Part shown: piece by piece, positions 41,901 to 57,580 of the stretch
How the letters are laid out: each line of letters opens with the position of its first letter
How positions within the stretch are numbered: the first letter of the stretch is position 1
NCBI GenBank assembly: GCA_943704425.1
Contig: CALSCP010000320.1
Span: 1 to 57,580, forward strand
Origin: Ministeria vibrans ATCC 50519
Taxonomy: Eukaryota; Protista; Filasterea
Length of the DNA stretch: 57,580 nucleotides
Direction: 5' to 3'
Translations under genes and position numbers: made by a program
The notes under the pieces: model-generated
What the model was told of the DNA's origin: nothing
Databases searched by the model: none
Seen by the model: only the letters and a program-made list of their open reading frames with translations

Positions 41901-44900
41901 TCTATTAATTATTTCTTATTATGCTATTATTGGCTTACTTCATCCACGTCTGACTCACAGAAAACACCGGTAAAGCCAGCGGGGCAGGAGCAAGAGAACA
42001 GGTCAACGGTGTTCTCGTTGACGCAGGTGGCACCATTAGTGCAAGGACTTGAGAGGCACTCGTCAAGATCCGCCTCGCACTGTGTGCCGGTGTAGCCTGC
42101 GGTACAGGTGCACTCAAAGTGGTTGGGTGTAAACGCACCAATGTGCAACTGAATTGTCGGTCCAAAGTAACCATAGTCACTGGTTGCCTGCGCCGAAGTA
42201 CACGCCGGATTGGCGGGGTACTCAAGGGCGGAGACGTCACAGCTAATTTTGTTGGCGCTCGTAATGGCACCATCAAATGTAATCGACGAGGCTGTCTGAA
42301 TGGCACGATCCGACTGCCCGGCACCCGTATACAGCGCCACCAGGTGATATGTGCGTCCGTTGACAAGGGCCACTTCAGAGCCGTAGGCGAACGTGCGGTA
42401 GCGGAAGCTGTCCGAGCTCAACGGCAAAAACGTACCGGCGTACACCGTTGTTTGCGCCACAGCCAGTTGTGTCGTCGTGTCGTACACGGCAACTTCATGG
42501 TCGCCAGCAAGACCGTCACCAAGCTGGTCGAAGACACCAAGTGCCGAGAGGTACACATCCGCCGTGCCCACTGTGAACGTCCAGCCTACCATTCGCGATT
42601 GTGGGTTGCTCTCGGCCTCGCTGAAGCTCAGACCAGTCGCGCCCTCCAGAGGTCCCGTGAAGCCCAGGCCACAGGTGCCGCCGTTGACACAGGGGTTGCT
42701 ATCGCAATCGTCTGTTTGCGTCTCGCACAGCGTGCCAGTGAAGGCAGTGGTACACGCACACGTGTATGACTCAACTTGATCGACACACGAGCCGCCGTTC
42801 TGACAGGGCGCAGAGACACAGTCGTCAATGTTGGTCTCGCATAGAATGCCCACAAAGCCTGCGGCGCACGTGCAGGTGAACAGGTCGACCGAATCCGTTT
42901 GGCAAGTGGCGCCATTGAGACAGGGCATCGATGTGCATTCGTCAATGTCTTGACCACAGTCCACTCCAGTGAACCCCGACGCACAAGCACAAATAAACTC
43001 CCCTGGCGAGTTTGTACACGTAGCACCGTTGCTGCACGGCGACGAAGAGCACTACAAAAGCAAAAAAAAGAAAAGAAAAAAAAAAAAAGAAAGAGAGGTG
43101 TAAGACGCGCACAATACGTTTCTCGTTTGGAAGGCGTACCTCGTCCATGTCCGATTCACAAAGAGTTCCAGTGAACCCGACAGCACATGTACACTCGTAC
43201 GAGGCGACACCATCAGTGCACGTGGCGCCATTGGTACAAGGCGACGAAGCACACTGGGAGAAGAACGAAATTATTAACATGCTTTTTTTGTTTGTTTTGC
43301 CACACACACTCACTCACCTCATCAATGTCCGACTCACACTGGTCACCAACAAAACCATCGGCACACGCACAGCTGAATACGTTTATTCCGTGGGAACAGG
43401 TGGCGCCGTTGGAGCAGGGATCAGACTGACATTCGTCAACGTCTGCTTGACACTTTGAGCCGGAAAATCCCGCTGGACAAGCACAAGTATAGCCATCAAC
43501 GGCATCCGTGCAGCTACCTCCATTGGTACATGGCGACGAGGCACACTAAACGTGAATTCGAAAAAGTGCAATGAGCGATCAGCTAAAAAATTATTCATAA
43601 TATTATTGTTTTCACCTCGTCAAAGTCCGTCTCGCAAAGAACACCAGTGTATCCATTGTGGCAAGAACAAACAAACCCGTCGGGAGAGGCTGCCTCGGCG
43701 CACGAGGCGGTGCCCAATGGAGCACAGGGGCTCGAGGCGCATTCGTCAATGTCTGATTCACACTGGACTCCCGTAAAGCCTGACGCGCAACTACAAGCAA
43801 ACTCGTCAACGAAAGTTGTTGCACAAGTTCCGCCATTGGAGCAAGGCGATGAGGCGCACTACAAAGATAATGGTACAAGGGAATGAGTGTTAATATTGAA
43901 GAAACTTATTTAAGAGTGTTTGTCCGACCTCATCAATGTCACTTTCACAGTCAGTTCCAGTGAAGCCCGAGGCGCAAGTACAAGAGTAGAAAGCAACCAG
44001 GTCATTACAGGTTGCTCCATTTGTGCACGGTGACGATGAGCACTAAAGCATAAAATATTATTAAAATTATTTTAATGCTCTGCAAAGAACATGAATTTCC
44101 AAACAATATAAATACCTCGTCAATTTCGGTTTCGCACTGATTGCCATCGAAACCAAGGGCACAATTGCAGAGGTACGAGTTGACGCTGTCCTCTACACAC
44201 GAAGCACCGTTGCTGCATGGTGAGGAGGCACACTCGTCAACGTCTGACTCGCATTGAACGCCAGTGTAGCCAACGATGCAAGTGCACTCGAAGAGGTTGG
44301 AAGACGTTCCTTGCGAGCAAGTGCCTCCATTGGTGCAGGGTGATGAGGCACACTCATCCATGTCAGATTCGCAATTCGTGCCAGTAAAGCCTGGTGGGCA
44401 GGCACACGTGAAACTGTTTACATTGTCGGTGCACACGCCTCCGTTGGCACACGGCCCCGAGCCACACTCGTCAATGTCCGTCTCGCACATGTCACCCGCG
44501 TAGCCGGCAACACATGAGCACATGAAAGAGTCAAACTGACCATTCTCCGAGCATGTGCCACCGTTGGTACACGGTGACGAGGCACACTCGTCAATGTCAG
44601 ATTCGCACTGGTCGCCCGTGAAGCCGTTGGCACAGACACAAGCGTACGTGCTCGGCGGACCTTGGCTGCACGTTCCTCCGTTCGTGCAGGGCGACGAATC
44701 GCACTCATTGATGTCCACATCGCAAACTGTGTTTGTGAATCCTGCTTGACACGTGCACAAATACCCGTCAAGAGCATCGGTGCACGTGGCGCCGTTGGCA
44801 CATGGTGAGGAGGCGCACTACAAAAATTTCGGTTAAATTTCTTGACTTCAACGCATTCCGCTTGTGTGGCTTGAGCCGTTGGTTGTGGCGTGTGTCTGTC

Positions 44901-46610
44901 TGTGTGCGTGTAAATGTATGTATGTGTGTGCATGTGTGTCAAGAACGATGATACCTCGTCGATTTCGCTCTCGCATTTGATGCCCACAAACCCGGCGGCA
45001 CACGCACAGGTGAAGCTATCAACCAAATTGGTACAGGAGGCTCCATTGGTGCAAGGTGATGAGGCACACTCATTAATGTCTGACTCGCACGTAGTGCCCG
45101 TGTATCCGTTCACACAAGTGCACGTAAACTGGTCAACTCCCTCGATGCATGTCGCACCATTAGTACACGGGCTTGAAGCACACTGCATTGAAGACGTAGA
45201 AAGAAAAGTCATTAATACTAATAATAATAATAATTTACCATTGGCAATAAAGGGTACCTCATCAACTTCCGATTCGCACTGGGAACCGGTAAAGCCACTT
45301 GCACAGGTGCACTCGTATGTGTCGATTGTCGGTGTGGTGCACGTCGCACCATTGCTGCACGGCGAGGAGGCGCACTCGTCAATGTCCGACTCGCAAAGCA
45401 CGCCAGTGTAGCCGGGAGCGCAAGTGCATTCAAAGACGTTCTTGTCAAAGACTTTCTCGCCAAACTTGGTGATGACGCGGAACTGCTGGAAGTTGTTGGC
45501 GTTGGCAAGAAGCGAACAGGCGCTGTCGGAGAGAACGTCACTCACGCCAGTCGCCATGCCGGTAAACGAGATGGTGGGGTCCACCTGGGCGACTGAATCG
45601 ACGGTACCAACGGTGGGCTCCTCGTGACACGTGGCAACGACCACATTGCTGACGCCGTCCCACTCGAACGGAGTTGAAAAGTCGATGGTGGTCCACGGGC
45701 TGGTGGGTGTGACAGGACCCGAATAGACTTGGGTCGCCTGGCTCTCGTCGATAAACGTACTACTGAGCGTCGTCGTGGTCGTGTGCATGATTTTGATGTT
45801 CATGTTGGTGAGGGGATCGCCCGCTGTGGAAATAGAGTAGCTGATGGACGCGAGAAAGGCGCCGGGGGTGATGCCCGACAGCTCCGATGCGAGAAACAAC
45901 GATTGGTCACGGTAGCGGAGGTTTCGTCGTCGAAGCGGACAGTACTCCTCTGTGGAGACCTCGGTGCCGCCTGCAGGGACCGCAACTTCCGTGGCTGAAA
46001 GCAGCGGCTCAGCACACGTCGCGCCGTTTTGACATGGGATCGACGAGCACTCGTCGATGTCCGTTTCACAGAGCATTCCCGTGTATCCCGCGGCACACTG
46101 GCAAGTGTAGTCTGAGGCCCCCTCGACACACGTAGCTCCAAACAGACATGGGCTGCTGTCGCACTCGAGCGCTGCAAGAAAAGCAGTAAGACGGTGAAAA
46201 AAAAAAGAAGAAAAAAAAAAAGAAGAAAAGGTGCGAAAGAAAAGGGGCAGAGAGGTGTGAGGGCCGTCGACTGGACGGTAACGAATGACGCACAGACGAC
46301 ACCCATGCCTCTGAGGTTTGGTCACAGATGTCCGTTTGGATTGTGGTTTGGGATCTGTGCTCTGCAAAAGTCAAGACGGCCAAATATAGAGCGGCTCAAA
46401 TCGCCGATGGGGTGTGCTCGTTTGCAAGAGGAGGTGCATGGGGCAATGAGAGGGGGTCGTTTGAGAAGTGATTTCGATGGAGCATCGGCGAGAGGACAGC
46501 GCGAGAGTCCCGATCGCTCGATCGACGCCGTCATGGGGGGTTTTCGTACCGGCCGATGAGGCCACAAGGGCTGCAAGAAGGGCAAAAGTAACGACCAGAT
46601 GGCCTCTCAT
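27773..46610 (-). CDS. Giant single-pass receptor B (~5,600 aa, 17 exons), paralog of A: signal peptide, ~90 EGF repeats with 6 inserted beta-domains, Cys repeat, ZU5-like domain with RRRR, TM, ~640 aa tail (coiled coil, poly-Pro, RVxF, SILK)
   Basis: ATG at 46610 gives [20 protein letters not shown], then a phase-1 intron 46172-46549; 15 phase-0 introns at 45183-45257, 44818-44954, 44043-44115, 43859-43928, 43546-43615, 43254-43317, 43052-43139, 41828-41938, 41649-41707, 38323-38407, 37556-37662, 35816-35968, 34941-35218, 32196-32294, 32015-32075; [25 protein letters not shown]; C-terminus FGDDEYL. Confidence 0.88.
35000..35180. repeat. (CAA)n/(TAA)n microsatellite in a receptor B intron
   Basis: Direct reading. 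Confidence 0.9.
39050..40340 (-). repeat. About two copies of the 600-bp EGF unit shared with receptor A
   Basis: Nucleotide strings essentially identical to 19900-20890. Confidence 0.88.
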
Positions 46611-47175
46611 GAAAGAAAATATATGCTTGCACAAAAAATCACAACACTTATTAACTTTTCACTTAATGAAGAGACCGTGTAATTATTTATTATTAATGAC
46701 TTCGGTCAGAAGGACCTCAGTTATACAATTGGTTTGGGGCTATCGCAAGAATCATCAATGAACAAAAATTCAAGACTGATCAAGGGCCAAGGCTCTGCTT
46801 AGTCACGGGCCAGGCCCGGCCAACTGCCTGCTCGAGTGTTTTCTGTGTCATACCTTCGGCATACGCTTAGAATGAAGATCTTAAATAAATTGTACCATTC
46901 TTTCTTCCCTCTGTCTTTCTTGTCATTAAGGGCAAAGGAAACGCTTCGATTTCACTGTTCTCTGACTGCAGCGAGACGAAGAAGTCAAGGGAGGGAGACA
47001 GACAGAGAGAGAGAGTGTGTGTGTGTGAGTGAGTGAGAGTGAAGGAAAGAAGAAAAGAGACAGAGACAGACAGACGAAGGTGAGAAGCAACCAACCGCAA
47101 AATTTTGCTGTGTGACCTACTCTCAACTGGTTCATGCCTTGACGCAGTTGCATTTACGATTGTTGACGACCTCCG
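46611..47175. promoter_or_regulatory. Divergent intergenic region between receptor B and the RTK
   Basis: Start codons at 46610 (-) and 47176 (+), 565 bp apart. Confidence 0.5.
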
Positions 47176-54227
<7,052 letters not shown>

Positions 54228-54487
54228 TATTATAAAATTAATAATAATAATAATAAATTATTAATAATAACACATAACAAAGGTGAAACCTGATTATTTT
54301 CCTTTTTTTGAAGTCTACGGCGGAAGTATTGTGCTTTTTGTATATAGTTTTGTTTTAACATTGAGTACAGCACTACAGCTTTCAATTCTCTATTTATTTT
54401 CTCTTTTGCTCAATTTGCTGTAGATCCTGGTGACTGTATCATGAAGAAATGGGTTGTATTGATCTTATTTACTTTCACTTTTTTCCA

Positions 54488-55101
54488 ATGCTTTCTATTC
54501 GCTACCTGGTCACAATGTGCGTGGCCGTTGCCATGATTTCTGTTGCCTATGGTCGGTCGTCATTTGAGCCTGGTGTTGAGGCGGTAAGGGGAAGGAGAGG
54601 ACAGAAGGGGATGAATTTGACAGAGAGACGCCATAGGCTGAATTCACGTCCTTCATTGCGGATATGCGTCGGGTCACGGAGGACTGTGTTGGATGCACGC
54701 CGGGCATCGACCCGTCGTCGGTGATTGAGGCGGTGCCTGGCCTGCGAGCCGCGGTGGAGCTGCTTCCGACGTACGGCAACTGCAGCACCGCCTGGCGCGG
54801 CTACTCCTTCTTTGTGGCCTGGGGCGATGGCATCTACTCTTCAGGCAACTACACTGCAATGGATCCCGTCAGCGTAAGACAAGAATGCCGTTCGGACTGA
54901 GACGTCAGTGTGCGTTTTAGTTTTTTGGACGAACTTCGGCAGTTCAGCTAAAGCTAAAGTGTAATGTCTTTCGCATTTTCGCAGGTCGAGCACACATACA
55001 GCAAGGGAGGCGCGTACGATGTCAAGGCCGCGTACTGTTCGCATCCGCACTACTGCTGTAACATTTGCTCGTACATTCACTCGACGCTCAACATTGCGTA
55101 G
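54488..55101 (+). CDS. Small secreted (~149 aa) PKD-like domain protein; exons 54488-54583, 54637-54873, 54985-55101
   Basis: Signal peptide MLSIRYLVTMCVAVAMISVAYG; phase-0 splicing gives YSFFVAWGDG...VEHTYSKGGAYDV (PKD signature WGDG/HTY/GxYxV), then YCSHPHYCCNICS. Confidence 0.7.
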
Positions 55102-55346
55102 AGAGTGAGAGTGAGAGAGTGATGAGTAAAGACAATGGCATGTCATACACAAGTTATTATATATATAGAGAGAGAAAGAGCCATCAATTGCAATGTGTGC
55201 TATAAGAGTAAAGAGGCCATTTGATAGAGGATCCAGGAGTAGTGACTAGTGAGCCCGGTATATTTGGAGTGGTGTTGGAGTGTATTTGGATTGTCTTCCC
55301 TTTGATAAATCTAAAATCTCCCGTAGTTCACTTACTTCTATTCTCC

Positions 55347-57580
55347 ATGCGACACGTCTTGCCTATCGTCCTTCTTGTGACTCTGGCGACACAGTCCCTC
55401 CTGGTGGCCGCATGCACAACGTACGGGAACTGAAGGAGTTTTCTCATTTCCTCACCAAACACTCTCAAGTCTCTCTCTCTCTCTCTCATTCTGCGCTCTT
55501 CTTGCTCCCCATTCACACACACAACACCCCTCCTTCTGCATTGCATCCACGCACACCGGCTGTCAAAAGCCCATTTGCATTAATCACTTTTTCAAGAAAG
55601 AAAAACGATAATATGACAACGGAACGACAGAAACCCACAAACACTCACCACAATATAAAAATATTAACAAAAAAAAATGATATGTAGTCCCTGTGAGAAC
55701 GGAGGCAGCTGCGTCTCGTTTGGACCGACGTCGGTGTGCCTCTGTGCCCCGGGGTTCACCGGGACGCACTGCGAGTCCCCGGATGCGTCGGGGCCGTGTC
55801 TTTCGAGCCCCTGGTAAGCCACAGCGCCAACAGTCCTTTTGGCCCTCTGTGTCCTTTGCGCAACGCCCGAGTCGAGTGGCTCAGCGACCCCTGTGTCTGA
55901 GTGAGACTCAGCACAGTGGACCTTTAAGACTATTGCTTGTTTTGGCTTCCCTTTTGTGTGTGTGTGTGTTTTTTTTTTATGTGCTCATCCCCAAACTTTT
56001 CTCTCGCGCGTTCCACATCCCACAGCCAGAACAAAGGCTCATGCGTGGCGCTCTTCAACATCGCAACGTGTGTTTGCCAGGACGGCTACACCGGCAGCTT
56101 GTGCCAGACGCCCGTGCAGCTGAGCGGCGCCTGCGCGTCACTCCCCTGCCAGAATTTGGGGCAGTGCACTGACACGCCCACCACAACAGCGGGCGGATTC
56201 ACCTGCGCCTGCTTCGCCGGCTTCACCGGAGCACGCTGTGAGCAGTCTCTCTTTTGCAGTCCTGGTTGCCAGAATGGCGGAACGTGTGTGCAAGGCAACT
56301 GTCTGGTACGACACAATGTCACCTGTGGTCGATGCGCCCTTTCTCATTTTGTTCTCTTTCTTCTCGCCCAGTGTGCCCTTGGCTTCTCCGGCGCTACCTG
56401 TGGTGACACTTCAGGCGACTCTTGCTCATCCTCTCCATGTCAAAACCAGGGTGTTTGTACTGTCGGCGGCGTAAGCATTGGACGACGCGCGCCTATCGAG
56501 GAACCCTACCTCTGTTCCTGCACCTCTCCCTACTACGGCTTCAATTGCGAAAAACAAGCCATTGGCTGTGCCAATATGCTTTGTGCTCAGAATTACGTGT
56601 GCGTCGAGACGCCCTCCAACGTGGTGGGCTCTCCGACGACACCACCCTTCACCGCTGCGTGTGTGTGCGCCACGGGCTTTACCGGGGCGCAGTGCGAGAC
56701 CGATTTGAGCGCGTCGCCGTGCGACTCGTCGCCGTGTGGTGCTAACGGCAAATGTTCGACAACGTCCAATGGCGACGTGGTATGTGCGTGTAGCTCCGGC
56801 TACACTGGTGCCAATTGCGAGTCCAGCATCCCAACTTGCGGACTGGGCTGCATGAATGGCGGAACTTGTCTTGCCAACTCCTTTACCTCTTTCTGTGTGG
56901 TACGCATTTTATATTTTTTGAATTGATTTTCTGACCCTGCTGTTTGTTGTGAATTTCTTTAATTGCATTCTTTGAAACGTAGTGTACGGAGGGATTCACT
57001 GGTAAGACATGCGCATCTACGATTGACGCGTGCCAGTCGTCGCCTTGCAGCAATGCCGGCACCTGCTCGCCCGGTGGCATCACCATTGGTCGTCGACGTG
57101 TGCCTGTGCCGTCCAGATTTTACTCGTGTGCGTGTGCGTCACCCTACTACGGCTTCAACTGCGAACTACAAGCGGTCGGTTGCGCGACGGTGCGATGTGC
57201 TCAGAATTACGTGTGCGTCGAGACGCCCTCCAACGTGGTGGGCTCACCGACGACACCGCCGTTTACCGCCTCTTGTGTATGCGCCGCGGGCTTTACCGGG
57301 GCGCAGTGCGAGACCGATTTGAGCGCTTCAGCTTGTTCTTCGTCGCCATGTGGCGTCTTTGGTAAGTGCACCGATGGGGGCACAGGTGCACGGGGATTTG
57401 TCTGCTCTTGCCCGCCGACGTACACTGGTGCTCAGTGTGAGTCGTATCTGGGCTGCGACGGACTGAAGTGTCTGAACGGTGGCACATGCAACCCGGCGGG
57501 CTTTGCGGGACCGTTTTGCGAGTGCGCGCCCGGCTTTGTCGGCGTCAACTGCGAGACGGAGATTGACGCGTGCGCGTCGA
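55347..57580 (+). CDS. 3'-truncated secreted or membrane EGF-repeat protein, multi-exon
   Basis: Signal peptide MRHVLPIVLLVTLATQSLLVAA; GT-AG introns (~55421-55687, ~55814-56025, ~56306-56371, ~56900-56982) link EGF repeats; frame open to the window end. Confidence 0.85.

Noticed and set aside
45183-45257. In-frame hydrophobic segment [18 protein letters not shown] as an extra TM
   Set aside because: It is a 75-nt AT-rich GT-AG intron at the standard Glu|Cys position; retention is possible but unsupported
15443-46013. Inserts as inteins, introns or bacterial contamination
   Set aside because: No intein terminal motifs or splice signals; in frame and embedded in intron-containing eukaryotic genes
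10886-46610. Calling the giant receptors Notch, Crumbs or fibropellin
   Set aside because: No LNR, ankyrin, laminin-G, DSL or avidin domains are seen; only the EGF repeats are shared

Overview
Eukaryotic genomic DNA with short GT-AG introns, microsatellite-filled introns and 8 N-gaps. A receptor tyrosine kinase, abundant EGF receptors and compact introns suggest a unicellular holozoan (choanoflagellate/filasterean-like); this is an inference. Nine genes are supported: (1) the 3' end of an EGF + receptor-L-domain protein; (2) purine nucleoside phosphorylase; (3) HID1; (4) a GH27 alpha-galactosidase/NAGA; (5,6) two tandem paralogous giant (~5,300 and ~5,600 aa) single-pass receptors with roughly 90-100 Notch-type EGF repeats each; (7) an EGF/sushi/ZU5-like RTK head-to-head with gene 6; (8) a small secreted PKD-like protein; (9) the 5' part of another EGF protein. 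The main candidate novel system is the giant receptor pair. Eleven ~185-205 aa beta-rich domains of three bacterial-looking families all sit in the same loop (Cys3-Cys4) of host EGF repeats. The inserts are divergent while the EGF stalk is homogenised between paralogs. Sixteen introns occupy the identical phase-0 Glu|Cys1 position. A membrane-proximal ZU5-like domain carries an RRRR furin site where the neighbouring RTK has an autoproteolytic-type HFS motif. The tails share an unrecognised helical module, and one has PP1-docking RVxF and SILK motifs. Exon boundaries were read by eye, and domain names come from motif recognition rather than database searches.
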